A stretch of DNA of 64,000 nt from Alphaproteobacteria bacterium. GTDB lineage: Bacteria > Pseudomonadota > Alphaproteobacteria > MPNO01. The notes under the pieces are model-generated. The model was not told the origin of the DNA. It did no database searches and saw nothing but the letters and a program-made list of their open reading frames with translations. Below are positions 21,129-31,798 of this stretch, one piece after another. Made by a program: the position numbers and the translations under genes. The stretch is from the NCBI GenBank assembly GCA_964291675.2, contig OZ219865.1:992001-1056000 (forward strand), given 5' to 3'. How positions within the stretch are numbered: position 1 is the first letter of the stretch; the number at the start of each line of letters is the position of its first letter.

Positions 21129-21791
21129 TCAGCTTCCGAGCACCCGGCGCAGCAGCGGGATGGTTACCGGACGGCGTTCGGCAAGCGCCAGCCGGTCGGC
21201 CTCCGCGACCGTGCGGCGCGCCGCCTCGAGGCTCCGCTCCATGTGGCGCAGCAGGTACTCGACGGCCTCGCCGCGCACCTCGATCTGGCGGTCGCGGAAC
21301 AGCTTTCGCAGCACCGCGTCGATCAGCGCGTCGTCCGGCCGGCCGATCTCGACCGTCGGCGCCGCGCGCAGCCGCGACACCAGATCGGGCAGCCGGCCGC
21401 GCCAGTAGCCGGGCGCGACCCTGGCGGTCGCCAGCGCATGCCCGCCCGCCTCGGCCACGCGGTTGAGCGCGTGCAGCAGGAGAGCGTCGTCGGGCGCGGC
21501 ATCGATCCCCTCGACCGCCAGCGCGGCGCCGCCCACCGAGTCGAGATCGAGCCGTTTCGCGGCGACCGCGCGGGCGCCGGCGAGACGGCACCAGATATGG
21601 GCGAGATGGGTCTTGCCGCTCCCCTCCGGGCCGGCGAGAACGGCCAGCCGCCCGGGCCAGCGCGGCCACGCCTCGATCCACGCCAGCGCGGCGCGGTTGC
21701 AATCGGCGACCAGGAAGTCGTCCCGCCCGTAGGCCGGTTCTCCGTCGAGGGGAAGGGCGAGCTGCGCGCCGCGGCGCCGGTCACTCGCCAT
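21129..21791 (-). CDS. hda: DnaA regulatory inactivator Hda/HdaA
   Basis: QLALPL clamp-binding motif, [22 protein letters not shown]. Confidence 0.85.
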   Translation of the reverse strand: MASDRRRGAQLALPLDGEPAYGRDDFLVADCNRAALAWIEAWPRWPGRLAVLAGPEGSGKTHLAHIWCRLAGARAVAAKRLDLDSVGGAALAVEGIDAAPDDALLLHALNRVAEAGGHALATARVAPGYWRGRLPDLVSRLRAAPTVEIGRPDDALIDAVLRKLFRDRQIEVRGEAVEYLLRHMERSLEAARRTVAEADRLALAERRPVTIPLLRRVLGS

Positions 21792-22857
21792 CGGGCCCGC
21801 CGCCCGCGCCCAGATAGAGCCGGCTCGCGGTGTAGCGCGACAGCGCGAAGCGCACCAGCACGCCGATCGCCGCCGCCGCCGGCACCGCCAGCAGCACGCC
21901 GAGGAAACCGAACAGCGCGCCGCCGGCCAGGAGGGCGAAGATCATCCACACCGGGTGCAGCCCGACCCGGTCGCCGACCAGCTTGGGGGTCACGAAATTG
22001 CCTTCCACGATCTGGCCGACGACGAATATGGCGGCGACGATGGCGACCGGCTGCCAGGACTCGAACTGCGCCAGGGCGAGGCCGACCGAGGCGCAGAGCC
22101 CGACCAGCATGCCGAAATAGGGCACGAAGGAGATCAGCCCGGTGCCGAGCCCGACCACGACGCCGAACTCCAGCCCGGCGAGGGAGAGCGCCACGGCGTA
22201 GAACGTGCCGAGGCCGAGGCACACCAGCCCCTGCCCGCGCACGAACCCGGCCAGCGTGTCGTCGACCAGCCCGATCTGCTCGCGGATGGTGTCGGCATGG
22301 TCGCGCGGCAGCCAGCTATCGACCTTGGCAACGATCCGGTCCCAGTCGCGCAGCAGATAGAACGTGACGATCGGCGTGATGACGACCAGCGACAGCAGGT
22401 TCACCAAGGCGAGCCCGCCGCTCCAGATGCCGGAGACCAGGTCCCCGAGCCAGCCCACGGTCGCCTGCGCCAGGGTTCCCGCGGCCTCGCGGAGCTTGGC
22501 GATCGCGCTTTCGGGCAGGTTCGTCTGGATCATCGTCAGGGCGTCGCCCGCGACGACGCGCAGCATCTCCACATAGGCCGGGATGCGGCTTACGAAGCCG
22601 ATGAGCTGGGACTGGAGCAGCGGCACCAGGAGGATGAAGAACAGCGCCACGACGACCAGGAAGGCGACGGTGAGCGCGGTTGCCGCAAGCGTGCGGGAGA
22701 ACTTGCGCCGTTCCAGCCAGTCGGCCACCGGATCGAGGAAATAGGCCACCGCCATGCCGAGCACGAAGGGCAGCAGGATGCCGCGCAGCAGGTAGAGCGC
22801 GGCGACGAACCCCGCGAGCGCCAGCAGCCAGTACAGGGTTTGCCGCCGTGCCGTCAT
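21781..22857 (-). CDS. AI-2E family transporter
   Basis: Multi-TM; 'PKLVGDRVGLHP', 'GVLLAVP'. Confidence 0.9.
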   Translation of the reverse strand: MTARRQTLYWLLALAGFVAALYLLRGILLPFVLGMAVAYFLDPVADWLERRKFSRTLAATALTVAFLVVVALFFILLVPLLQSQLIGFVSRIPAYVEMLRVVAGDALTMIQTNLPESAIAKLREAAGTLAQATVGWLGDLVSGIWSGGLALVNLLSLVVITPIVTFYLLRDWDRIVAKVDSWLPRDHADTIREQIGLVDDTLAGFVRGQGLVCLGLGTFYAVALSLAGLEFGVVVGLGTGLISFVPYFGMLVGLCASVGLALAQFESWQPVAIVAAIFVVGQIVEGNFVTPKLVGDRVGLHPVWMIFALLAGGALFGFLGVLLAVPAAAAIGVLVRFALSRYTASRLYLGAGGGPDGE

Positions 22858-23399
22858 CACCTTGTGTCGGCGCCGGCCACCTTGCGCGCCCAGGCCACCA
22901 GATACCAGCCGCCGGAGCCGACCGTGGTCGCGGTCACCGCGTATTGCGCGAGCTCGATCGCCCCGGATAGCCGCATCGCGGACCCGGCCTGCGCCAGCAC
23001 CGCCGCCGCCAGGAAGATCTGCACCCCCGTGTTGACCTTGCTCGCCAGGACCGGGCGTGCCTCCCAATGCCGGCGCAGGACCAGCAGCAGCAGCACCCCG
23101 CCGACGATCAGCACGTCGCGGAACACCACCAGGATGACGACGAAATCGTCGATCAGCCCGCGCATGCCGAGCGTCACGTAGACGCTGACGATCAGCGCCT
23201 TGTCGGCCAGCGGGTCGAGATAGACGCCAAGCGTCGTGGTCTGGTCGAGCGCCTTGGCGAGATACCCGTCGAGGGCGTCCGACGCGCCCGCCAGCAGGAA
23301 CAGCGCGAACGCCCAGCCATAGGACTCGTTCAGGATCAGGTAGATGATCAGCGGAACCGAGAGCAGCCTGGAGAGGGTGATCAGGTTGGGGATGCTCAC
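22857..23399 (-). CDS. CDP-alcohol phosphatidyltransferase family protein
   Basis: 'IPNLITLSR', 'SDALDGYLAK...G..LDPLADK'. Confidence 0.9.
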   Translation of the reverse strand: MSIPNLITLSRLLSVPLIIYLILNESYGWAFALFLLAGASDALDGYLAKALDQTTTLGVYLDPLADKALIVSVYVTLGMRGLIDDFVVILVVFRDVLIVGGVLLLLVLRRHWEARPVLASKVNTGVQIFLAAAVLAQAGSAMRLSGAIELAQYAVTATTVGSGGWYLVAWARKVAGADTR

Positions 23400-24538
23400 C
23401 GCTCCGACCCCGCGGCTCCATTTGCCCCGGCCCCGCCGTCCCGCTGGCGCCGCAGCACCCAGCGCCCGGCGCGGCGGTCCAGAACCAGATCGTTGCGCCG
23501 CAGCGCCGCCCGGAACCCCGCGATATCGCCGAAATAGCGCAGACGCACGTCGACCGCGCCGCGCGACAGCGCAAGCACCCTTGTGCCGTCGCTGGACGGC
23601 GTGTCGGCGAGCGCCCGCGAGATCGCCACCCATTCGTCGAGCCCCGACACCGGCACCGCGGCGTCGATCTGCCCTTCGCGGTCGAACAGCAGCAGATTCT
23701 CGGACTTCCAGGCCTCCTGTATCCGCCGCGCGGTGCGCGCCGCCGCCGCGCGGTACCGCTCGCCCTCCGTCGCGGCGGGATCGACCGGGTGGGTCTCGGC
23801 GAGGGTCCGCTTCCCGCCGTCCGCGCCAAAGGTCGCGACCGAGACCCGGATCGCCTCCGGCGCGCCCCCGACGCGACGCTCCGACGCGACCGCCACGGCA
23901 ACCGACTCCGCCCCGTAGCGCCCGGCGATCGCGCGCAGCCGCGCCGGTTCGCCCGCCACGGCCTGGCGCGCGCTGATGTCCCTGAGGTCCTGCAAATCGC
24001 CCGCCGGGGAGACCAGCGGCACCAGCTCGCCCGCGCGCGGCAGGCCGGCCCATGCTTCGCGCCACGGGTTGGGCCGGTCCCACAGCAGATACGTCCCCGC
24101 GCTCCGCAGCACCGGCAGCACGAGGACCGGCCTCGATCTGGCCACCGCGAACGGCACCCCGCCGGCGCGCAGGAAGCGGCGCAGCGCCGTCCGGTCGAAG
24201 CGGAAGGTCAGCCGCGCGAGGTAGCGCACCCGGGAGGTCTTCTCGCCGCCGACCTCGAAGCTCTGGACCAGGGGCGCGATCGCGGCGGGGTCGAGCCGCG
24301 GCACCCCGGCAACCCGGCCGGCGGGCACGATCCGCGCGATCAGCCGGCGGAAGGCGACGGAGTGCCCCCTGGCGAGCGCCCGTTCGCGCGCCGCGGTGGC
24401 ATTCGCGGCGGTCGCGTCGACGGCCACGTCGCGGACCAGGAACACCTCGGCGTCGCTCGCGGCGGCGCGACCGGACGCGGCCGGGGCGGCGCAGGCCAAC
24501 AGCGCGGCCGCGGCCGCCATCGCCCACCGCCGGCGCAT
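23396..24538 (-). CDS. DUF2066-like exported protein
   Basis: Signal peptide; 'VDATAANATAARERA', 'NPWREAW'; typical position divergent from purM. Confidence 0.75.
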   Translation of the reverse strand: MRRRWAMAAAAALLACAAPAASGRAAASDAEVFLVRDVAVDATAANATAARERALARGHSVAFRRLIARIVPAGRVAGVPRLDPAAIAPLVQSFEVGGEKTSRVRYLARLTFRFDRTALRRFLRAGGVPFAVARSRPVLVLPVLRSAGTYLLWDRPNPWREAWAGLPRAGELVPLVSPAGDLQDLRDISARQAVAGEPARLRAIAGRYGAESVAVAVASERRVGGAPEAIRVSVATFGADGGKRTLAETHPVDPAATEGERYRAAAARTARRIQEAWKSENLLLFDREGQIDAAVPVSGLDEWVAISRALADTPSSDGTRVLALSRGAVDVRLRYFGDIAGFRAALRRNDLVLDRRAGRWVLRRQRDGGAGANGAAGSER

Positions 24539-24604
24539 TCCACTACCCTGTCTCGGAGGTCCCAGCATTGAAAACGGCTGCCGATCGTCTATCCTCGTGA
24601 GGCG

Positions 24605-25729
24605 GTGAGCCCGGCCCGGGACGGCCTGCCGGCCGCAGTTTACCACTCCAGCTCTCGCGGGGCAGTCATCAACCGTTCAGCATATGGTGAGGCGGGTGTC
24701 GACATCCCTGCGGCTTCCCGCCTCGTGGACGCGATCCGTCCCCTGGCGCGGTCCACCGCGCGGCCCGGCGCGATGGGCGAAATCGGCGGGTTCGGCGGGC
24801 TGTTCGACCCGCGCGCGGCAGGCTTTTCGGACCCGGTCCTGGTCGCCGCCACCGACGGCGTGGGAACCAAGCTCCGCATCGCGATCGACTGCGGGCGGCA
24901 CGAGACCGTCGGCATCGACCTGGTCGCCATGTGCGTCAACGACATCGTCGTCCAGGGCGCCGAGCCGCTGTTCTTTCTCGACTACTTCGCCACGGGATTG
25001 CTGGATCCCGGCATCGCCGCGACGGTGGTCGAGGGCATCGTGCGGGGCTGCGCGGAGGCCGGCTGCAGCCTGATCGGCGGCGAGACGGCCGAGATGCCGG
25101 GCCACTACGCCGAGGGCGAGTACGATCTCGCCGGGTTCGCGGTCGGCGCGGCGGAGCGCGGCACCCTGCTCACCGGCGAGAACATCCGCGAAGGCCACCT
25201 TGTCCTCGGCCTCGCCTCGTCCGGCGTCCATGCCAACGGCTTCTCCCTGGTCAGACGGATCGTCGGCGCGGCGGGGCTTGCCTGGACCGACGATGCCCCG
25301 TTCGCCGACGGGCCGCTCGGCGCCGCCTTGCTGACGCCGACCCGGCTCTACGTATCCGCCGCGCTCGCCGCCCACCGCGTGGGTCTGGTGGATGGATTCG
25401 CGCATATCACCGGCGGCGGGCTGACCGGCAATATCGGCCGCGTCCTGCCCGCCGGGCTCGCCGCGGAGATCGATGCCGGAAGCTGGCCGCTGCCCGGGGT
25501 GTTCGCCTGGCTGGCGGAGGCGGGCGGGCTGGCTCCGGCGGATCTGGCGGACACCTTCAACTGCGGCATCGGCCTGGTCGCCGCGGTCGCCGCCGACCGG
25601 GCGGCGGCGGCGCGGCAGGCGTTCGAGGCGCATGGACAACAGGTCCACGAGATAGGCCGCGTCGTGCAGCGCACCCCCGACCTGCCGGCGGTCCTGATGC
25701 CGGGTCGCGAGGCAGCGTGGCGCGGCTGA
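24605..25729 (+). CDS. purM: Phosphoribosylformylglycinamidine cyclo-ligase
   Basis: [29 protein letters not shown]; start uncertain. Confidence 0.95.
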   Translation: MSPARDGLPAAVYHSSSRGAVINRSAYGEAGVDIPAASRLVDAIRPLARSTARPGAMGEIGGFGGLFDPRAAGFSDPVLVAATDGVGTKLRIAIDCGRHETVGIDLVAMCVNDIVVQGAEPLFFLDYFATGLLDPGIAATVVEGIVRGCAEAGCSLIGGETAEMPGHYAEGEYDLAGFAVGAAERGTLLTGENIREGHLVLGLASSGVHANGFSLVRRIVGAAGLAWTDDAPFADGPLGAALLTPTRLYVSAALAAHRVGLVDGFAHITGGGLTGNIGRVLPAGLAAEIDAGSWPLPGVFAWLAEAGGLAPADLADTFNCGIGLVAAVAADRAAAARQAFEAHGQQVHEIGRVVQRTPDLPAVLMPGREAAWRG

Positions 25730-26379
25730 AGCTGGCGGTGCTGGTCTCGGGGCGCGGCAGCAATCTGCAAGCCCTGATCGACGCCTGCGCCGAGGACGGC
25801 TACCCGGCCGAAATCGTGCTTGCGATCTCGAACGAGCCCGGCGCGGCGGGGCTGGAGCGGGCGCGCCGCGCCGGGATCCCGGCCGGGATCGTCGATCACC
25901 GCGACTACCCCGACCGCGAGGCCTTCGAGCGCGCGCTCGACCGGGCGCTCGCCGGGGCCGATGCCGGGCTGGTCTGCCTCGCCGGGTTCATGCGATTGCT
26001 GACGCCATGGTTCGTAGAGCGCTGGCACGACCGGCTGATCAACATTCATCCCTCGCTGCTGCCCGCCTTCCCCGGCCTCGACACCCATGAACGGGCGCTC
26101 GCGGCCGGGGTGCGGGTCGCCGGCTGCACCGTCCATTTCGTCCGCCCGGAGATGGATCGCGGCCCGATCGTCGTGCAGGCCGCGGTGGCGGTCGAGGACG
26201 GCGACGATGCGGCCGGCCTCGCCGCGCGCGTGCTCGCCGCCGAGCACCGCTGCCTGCCGCTCGCTGTCCGGCTGATCGCCGAAGGCCGGGTCAGGGTCGT
26301 GGGCGAGCGCTGCGAGATCGCCGGCGCGGCCGGGCCCTCGCCGCCGCTGATATCGCCGTCAGCGTCCGGTTGCGGCTGA
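25717..26379 (+). CDS. purN: Phosphoribosylglycinamide formyltransferase
   Basis: [31 protein letters not shown]. Confidence 0.95.
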   Translation: MARLKLAVLVSGRGSNLQALIDACAEDGYPAEIVLAISNEPGAAGLERARRAGIPAGIVDHRDYPDREAFERALDRALAGADAGLVCLAGFMRLLTPWFVERWHDRLINIHPSLLPAFPGLDTHERALAAGVRVAGCTVHFVRPEMDRGPIVVQAAVAVEDGDDAAGLAARVLAAEHRCLPLAVRLIAEGRVRVVGERCEIAGAAGPSPPLISPSASGCG

Positions 26380-26446
26380 CGTCTTCCGTTGGCGGGCGGA
26401 GTGGGATATAGCTTCGCCCGGCGCAGCGACCGCGGAGAGGATCGGA

Positions 26447-26575
26447 ATGGCTTTCGACATCGAACAGGAAAACGCCCGCCACACGGCGGGGTGGAAGGGC
26501 TTCGTGCTGTTCACATTCTTGTCGACGGCCGCGGTGATACTGGCGCTGGCGCTGATGGCGCTGTTCCTGCTCTGA
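26447..26575 (+). CDS. Small membrane protein resembling aa3-type cytochrome c oxidase subunit IV
   Basis: MAFDIEQENARHTAGWKGFVLFTFLSTAAVILALALMALFLL (42 aa); GGAGAGG RBS; single C-terminal TM helix. Confidence 0.7.
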   Translation: MAFDIEQENARHTAGWKGFVLFTFLSTAAVILALALMALFLL

Positions 26576-26591
26576 GCCGGCCCGTCGGGGC

Positions 26592-27014
26592 TCACCCGAC
26601 GATATCGCACTCGGAGAAGAAGAAGCCGATCTCGGTGGCGGCGGTCTCCGCCGAATCGGAGCCGTGCACCGAGTTCGCCTCGATCGACTCCCCGAACGCC
26701 TTGCGGATCGTGCCGTCGGCCGCGTTGGCCGGGTTGGTCGCCCCCATGACTTCGCGGTTGGCGGCGATCGCGTCCTCGCCTTCGAGGACCTGTACGACCA
26801 CCGGGCCCGATACCATGAATTCGCACAAATCGTCGAAGAACGCCCGGCTCCGGTGGACCGCGTAGAACTGCCTCGCCTGCTCCGGCGACAGCCTGAGCCG
26901 CCGCTGCGCCACGATCCTGAGCCCCGCCTCCTCGAGCCGGGTGTTGATCTGTCCGGTCAGGTTTCGCCGCGTCGCGTCGGGCTTGATGATCGAGAGCGTG
27001 CGTTCGACAGCCAT
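26592..27014 (-). CDS. ndk: Nucleoside diphosphate kinase
   Basis: [25 protein letters not shown]. Confidence 0.97.
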   Translation of the reverse strand: MAVERTLSIIKPDATRRNLTGQINTRLEEAGLRIVAQRRLRLSPEQARQFYAVHRSRAFFDDLCEFMVSGPVVVQVLEGEDAIAANREVMGATNPANAADGTIRKAFGESIEANSVHGSDSAETAATEIGFFFSECDIVG

Positions 27015-27081
27015 TTCGGAATGTCCCCTGGAGCGGTGGCGCGGCTGTATATCCGCATCCCGAGGATGCGGCAACCGGGCT

Positions 27082-27531
27082 TCAGTCTTTCTCCTCCCAG
27101 CTTCCCGACGGCGTCTGCTGCCAATAGGTCAGGCGGTGACCGTCGGCGGCGTAGGACTTCCAATGCGCCCGCGCCGCCCGCACGGCCTCGTCGTCGTTGC
27201 CGTCGAACATCTCCAGGCACCTTGCGTAGTCGCCGACCCGCCCCGAGACCGCGCCGTCGGTGAGGACCAGAATGCTGGCGCCGTTGGGATTCTCGTCCGC
27301 ATGGGTGATCCAGATCGGCTGGTCCTCGGGATTGCCGTCGCGCGCCGTGCCGTGCGGCAGGAAGCTGTCCTGGTCGTAGGTCCACAGCATCGCGTCCAGC
27401 GCCCCGGTGCGCTCCTCGGAGCCGGTGATCACGACGGCGCGCGCGCCGCTCGCATAAACCTTCTCCAGCAGCCGCGGCAGGGCCTGGGCCAGCGTGCTGC
27501 GGGTCAGGTGGTAGAAGCCGATATCGGTCAC
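27082..27531 (-). CDS. holC: DNA polymerase III chi subunit
   Basis: FYHLT...LP.LLEK, LWTY...SFLPHG, AR..WK.Y. Confidence 0.92.
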   Translation of the reverse strand: MTDIGFYHLTRSTLAQALPRLLEKVYASGARAVVITGSEERTGALDAMLWTYDQDSFLPHGTARDGNPEDQPIWITHADENPNGASILVLTDGAVSGRVGDYARCLEMFDGNDDEAVRAARAHWKSYAADGHRLTYWQQTPSGSWEEKD

Positions 27532-27539
27532 CCGGGCTC

Positions 27540-27807
27540 AGCCCGCATTTCTCGCCCCTGTCACGGCCTGCGTCGCGCCCGGGCGTTCGTCCCGCCAGGA
27601 GCGGGCCGAAGAGCGTATCGGGCAATACGGTCGAGGCCCGCGACGCAGCGGGCGGGCGCCCGGGCGCGACCCTTCGGGCGGCGCTGTCCGGCCGACAGGG
27701 TGCGTCGTGGCGCTTGCCCGATGTCCCGGCATCGCGCCGCGCGCCTCTGCCGCCCTGTCGGCCGGACAGCGCCGCGCAGGCCATGACAGGGGCGAGACAT
27801 GCGGGCT
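27540..27807. mobile_element. MITE-like non-coding element with ~33-bp terminal inverted repeats
   Basis: AGCCCGCATTTCTCGCCCCTGTCACGGCCTGCG (27540-27572) vs reverse complement of 27775-27807, 31/33 identical; internal perfect 20-bp IR 27681-27700 / 27753-27772. Confidence 0.7.
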
Positions 27808-29305
27808 AGCCCTCGTAATGCTCCCGCACCAGCCGGTCGAGCAGCCTGACGCCGAACCCGGTGCCGCCCTTTGGCACGGTCGGCGCGTGCTTCTTCGACC
27901 AGGTGACGCCGGCGATGTCGAGATGGGCCCAGGGCGTCCCCTCCTTGACGAAGCGCTGGAGGAACTGGGCGGCGGTGATCGACCCGCCTTCGCGCCCGCC
28001 CACGTTCTTCATGTCGGCGATGTCGGAGTCGATCTGCCGGTCATAGGCGTCGCCCAGCGGCATCCGCCATAGCGGCTCGCCGACCGCGCCGCCGGCCGAA
28101 ACCAGGCGCTCGGCCAGCGTGTCGTCATTGGCGAACAACCCGGCATTCTCGTGTCCCAGCGCCATGATTATCGACCCGGTCAGCGTGGCCAGGTCGACAA
28201 TCGCGCTCGGCCGGTGTTTCTGCTGGCAGTACCAGAACACGTCGCACAGCACGAGCCGCCCCTCGGCGTCGGTGTTGATGACCTCCACCGTCTGGCCCGA
28301 CATCGAGGTCACCACGTCGCCCGGCCGCTGGGCGGTCGCGGACGGCATGTTCTCGACCAGCCCGATCATCCCCACCGCGTTGACCCTGGCCTTGCGCCCG
28401 GCGAGCGCGCGCATCAGCCCGATCACCACGCCGGCGCCGCCCATGTCCCACTTCATGTCCTCCATGCCGCCGGACGGCTTGATCGAGATCCCGCCGGTAT
28501 CGAAGGTCACGCCCTTGCCGACGAAGGCGATGGGCTGCTTGTCCTTCGCCCCGGGCGCGCCGTTCCAGCGCATGGTCACCAGCCTGGGCGCCTGCGCGCT
28601 GCCCTGGGCGACGCCGAGCAGCGCGCCCATGCCGAGCCTGGCCATCCGCTTCTCGTCGAGGATCTCGACCTCCACCCCGTGCTCGGTCAACGCCTTGGCC
28701 CGTTCGGCGAGGCTCGCCGGAAAGATCACGTTGGCCGGTTCGGACACCAGGTCGCGGGTCAGGAACACCCCCTCCGCCACCTCGCCGAGCGGCCGGAAGG
28801 CGGCGCGCGCCCGCGCGTGCTCGGCGGCGGTCACCGTCAGCCGCTTGAGGCTGGGCTTGTCGTCCGCCTTCTCCTTGGTGCGGTACTTGTCGAAACGGTA
28901 GCCGCGCAGCAGCGCGCCGTAGCCGATATTGGCGGCCAGTTGGGCTTCGTCGAGCGGCGCGTCGGGCACCGCGTCGAGCGCGACCGTGACCGCGCTGTCC
29001 CCGCTCTTTTCCAGCGTGGCGACGATCGTCCCGCCGGCCGCCTGCGCGGCGCGGGCATCGATTCCGTCCGCCTTGCCGAGCCCGACCAGCACCACCCGGC
29101 TCGCAGCCAGGCCGGGAGGCGCGTTGACGACCAGCGTCTGGTTGGACTTGCCGGTGAAGCGGCTCGATCCGATGGCCCGCGACAGCGCCCCGCCGGCGGC
29201 CTCGTCGACGCTGCCCGCCGTCGCTCCGAGATTCCCCCCTTCGAGCACGCCCACCGCGAGGGCGCCGCTGCGCGGAAGTTTCGGGGATGCGAAGCTGATC
29301 TTCAT
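27806..29305 (-). CDS. pepA: Leucyl aminopeptidase (M17)
   Basis: GKGVTFDTGG, MKWDMGG, NTDAEGRLVL, DLATLTG. Confidence 0.96.
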   Translation of the reverse strand: MKISFASPKLPRSGALAVGVLEGGNLGATAGSVDEAAGGALSRAIGSSRFTGKSNQTLVVNAPPGLAASRVVLVGLGKADGIDARAAQAAGGTIVATLEKSGDSAVTVALDAVPDAPLDEAQLAANIGYGALLRGYRFDKYRTKEKADDKPSLKRLTVTAAEHARARAAFRPLGEVAEGVFLTRDLVSEPANVIFPASLAERAKALTEHGVEVEILDEKRMARLGMGALLGVAQGSAQAPRLVTMRWNGAPGAKDKQPIAFVGKGVTFDTGGISIKPSGGMEDMKWDMGGAGVVIGLMRALAGRKARVNAVGMIGLVENMPSATAQRPGDVVTSMSGQTVEVINTDAEGRLVLCDVFWYCQQKHRPSAIVDLATLTGSIIMALGHENAGLFANDDTLAERLVSAGGAVGEPLWRMPLGDAYDRQIDSDIADMKNVGGREGGSITAAQFLQRFVKEGTPWAHLDIAGVTWSKKHAPTVPKGGTGFGVRLLDRLVREHYEG

Positions 29306-29521
29306 GAGCGTTCTCCCTATCGCCGGGCCGGACACCGAGGGGCGTCGCCGGCAGGGCAAACTTACGAAGCCCGCCATTTCGCCACAACCGCCCCGCCGCG
29401 GGACTCCCTCGCGACCGACGCCGGTCACTGTCAAATGGACAGGGTTTCCGCCGGGAGGCTATAAACGGGTTGCTCTCGCTGGCCGGCCCGACGGCCTCAA
29501 CCTGTCATTGCGAACTGGTCG

Positions 29522-30772
29522 ATGCGTCTGATTTCCGCCCTTTTCCTGGCAGCGACGGTTGGATTGGCGCCGCACGCCGATGCCCAGTCGGTGCAGCGGA
29601 TCGCCGCGGTCGTCAATGACGAGGTCGTCTCGGTGCGCGATCTGCGGGATCGCGTGCGTCTGGTCCTGTTCCTGTCCGGGATCAGGGACACGAGCGAAGC
29701 GCGGCGGCGGATCGCCAACCAGGTGCTGCGCACCATGGTCGACGAGCGCCTTCAGCTCCAGGAGGCGAAGAAGCGCGGCGTGTCGGTCTCCGGCAACGAG
29801 GTCGCGCTGGCCTTGGCGGAAATGGAGCGGGCGAACCGCATGGCGCCCGGCGGCCTGTCGTCGGTGCTGGCGGAGAACCGGGTGAGCCTGGGGTCGCTGC
29901 GCGCTCAATTCCGCGCCCGGATCGCCTGGTCCAAGCTGGTGGGGCGTCGCCTCGCCCCGCGCATCGATATCGGCGTCGAGGAGGTGACGGCGGCTCTGGC
30001 GCGGCTGGAGGCGTCGCGAGGCGAGGAGGCCTATCGTCTCGGCGAGATCCTGCTTCCGGTCAACCGGAGCGACGACGAGGCCGCGGTGCGCAACGCCGCC
30101 GGGCGCATGGTGGCGCAGATCCGCGAGGGCGCCCGCTTCGCCGCCCTGGCGCGACAATTCTCCCGCACGGCGACGGCCGCGGTGGGCGGAGATCTGGGCT
30201 GGGCCGCGCGCTCGGAGCTCGATCCCGCCGTCGCCGCCGCGGTCGCGGGTCTGGCGCCGGGCGAGGTGCTGGATCCGGTTCGGACGGTGTCGGGCTTCCG
30301 CATTCTCACGCTGATAGAACGACGCGACGCCGCCGGTCCGGGAGAGGCCGCGCTCGATCTGCGGCAGATCTTCGTTCCGCTGGCGGACGGCGCGAAGCCG
30401 GCGCGGGTCGCGGCGCGCCTCGAACAGGCGGCGTCGGCGGCCCGCGTGATCGACGGCTGCGCGGATCTCGAGGCCGTGGCGGAGGCCCTCGGCGCGGGCG
30501 CCCCGCGGGAGCTGGGTAAGCTCAAGCCGAGCGAGCTCTCGGCCGCGATCCGCAAGAACATCGCCGGGGTCGGGGTCGGACAGGCGGGCGCGCCGATCAG
30601 GATGAAGGGCGGGATCGCCTTGATCGCGGTGTGCGGCCGAATCGAGCCCCGGTCCACATCGCCCGACCGGGAGAGCGTGCTGCGAAGGCTGCGCGACCGG
30701 CGGCTCAACCTCGCGGCGCAGCGCTATCTCAGGGATCTCCGCAGCGCCGCCATCGTCGATATCCGCATCTAG
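29522..30772 (+). CDS. surA: SurA-like peptidyl-prolyl isomerase chaperone
   Basis: Signal peptide, IAAVVNDEVVS, F..LARQFS...GGDLGW, YLRDLR..A.VD. Confidence 0.85.
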   Translation: MRLISALFLAATVGLAPHADAQSVQRIAAVVNDEVVSVRDLRDRVRLVLFLSGIRDTSEARRRIANQVLRTMVDERLQLQEAKKRGVSVSGNEVALALAEMERANRMAPGGLSSVLAENRVSLGSLRAQFRARIAWSKLVGRRLAPRIDIGVEEVTAALARLEASRGEEAYRLGEILLPVNRSDDEAAVRNAAGRMVAQIREGARFAALARQFSRTATAAVGGDLGWAARSELDPAVAAAVAGLAPGEVLDPVRTVSGFRILTLIERRDAAGPGEAALDLRQIFVPLADGAKPARVAARLEQAASAARVIDGCADLEAVAEALGAGAPRELGKLKPSELSAAIRKNIAGVGVGQAGAPIRMKGGIALIAVCGRIEPRSTSPDRESVLRRLRDRRLNLAAQRYLRDLRSAAIVDIRI

Positions 30773-30787
30773 GCCGGGAGCGGCGGA

Positions 30788-31798
30788 ATGCAGCCTCTCG
30801 CGCTGACCATGGGAGAGTGCGCGGGGGTGGGCGCCGAGATCGCGCTGCAGGCGTGGACCCGGCGCGGCGAAGCGGGTGTCCCGCCGTTCGCGTTTCTCGG
30901 CGGCGAACGCCATGCCAGGGCGCTCGCCGCCGCGCTCGGGCTCGATGTCCCGGTCGTCGCGGTGAAGCGGGCGGCCGACGCGGAAGCGGTGTTCGCGGAT
31001 GCCTTCCCCGTCCTGCCGGTCGCCGTCCCGTCCCCCCCGGTGGGCGGCAGGCCGGACCCGGCCAACGCGCCCGCCGTGGTCGCCGCGATCGACCGCGCGG
31101 TCTCGCTGGCGCTTTCGGGCGAGGTCGCCGCGGTGGTCACCAATCCGATCGACAAGGCGGTGCTCTACCGCAGCGGGTTCGACCACCCGGGCCATACCGA
31201 GTACCTCGCCGCGCGCTGCGGCATCCAGGCGGCGCCGGTGATGATGCTGGTCAGCGACAGGCTCCGCGTCGTGCCGGTGACCGTCCACCTGGCGCTGGCG
31301 GAGGCGGCGAGGGCGCTGACCGCGGATGCGGTGATCCATTGCGGGCGCGTCGCCGCCGAGCGGCTTGCCGCGGATTTCGGCATCGCCGCGCCGCGGCTGG
31401 CGGTCGCCGGGCTCAACCCGCATGCCGGCGAGGGCGGCCATATGGGGCGCGAGGAGATCGAGATCGTCGCCCCGGCGGTCGAAGCCCTGCGCCGCGACGG
31501 GATCGCCGTCAGCGGGCCGGCGCCGGCCGATACGCTGTTCCACGACCGGGCGCGCCGGAACTACGATGCGGCGCTCTGCATGTACCACGACCAGGCGCTG
31601 ATCCCGATCAAGACGCTCGATTTCGACGCCGCGGTGAACGTCACGCTCGGCCTGCCGATCGTGCGCACCTCGCCCGACCACGGCACCGCCTACGACATCG
31701 CCGGCACCGGAACCGCCCGCCCCGACAGCCTGATCGCCGCGCTCAGGCTCGCCGCGCGGATGGCCGAGACGCGGGCGCGGAAGCCGGGACGGCGTTGA
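30788..31798 (+). CDS. pdxA: 4-hydroxythreonine-4-phosphate dehydrogenase
   Basis: PGHTEYL, GLNPHAGE, MYHDQAL, RTSPDHGTA. Confidence 0.96.
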   Translation: MQPLALTMGECAGVGAEIALQAWTRRGEAGVPPFAFLGGERHARALAAALGLDVPVVAVKRAADAEAVFADAFPVLPVAVPSPPVGGRPDPANAPAVVAAIDRAVSLALSGEVAAVVTNPIDKAVLYRSGFDHPGHTEYLAARCGIQAAPVMMLVSDRLRVVPVTVHLALAEAARALTADAVIHCGRVAAERLAADFGIAAPRLAVAGLNPHAGEGGHMGREEIEIVAPAVEALRRDGIAVSGPAPADTLFHDRARRNYDAALCMYHDQALIPIKTLDFDAAVNVTLGLPIVRTSPDHGTAYDIAGTGTARPDSLIAALRLAARMAETRARKPGRR

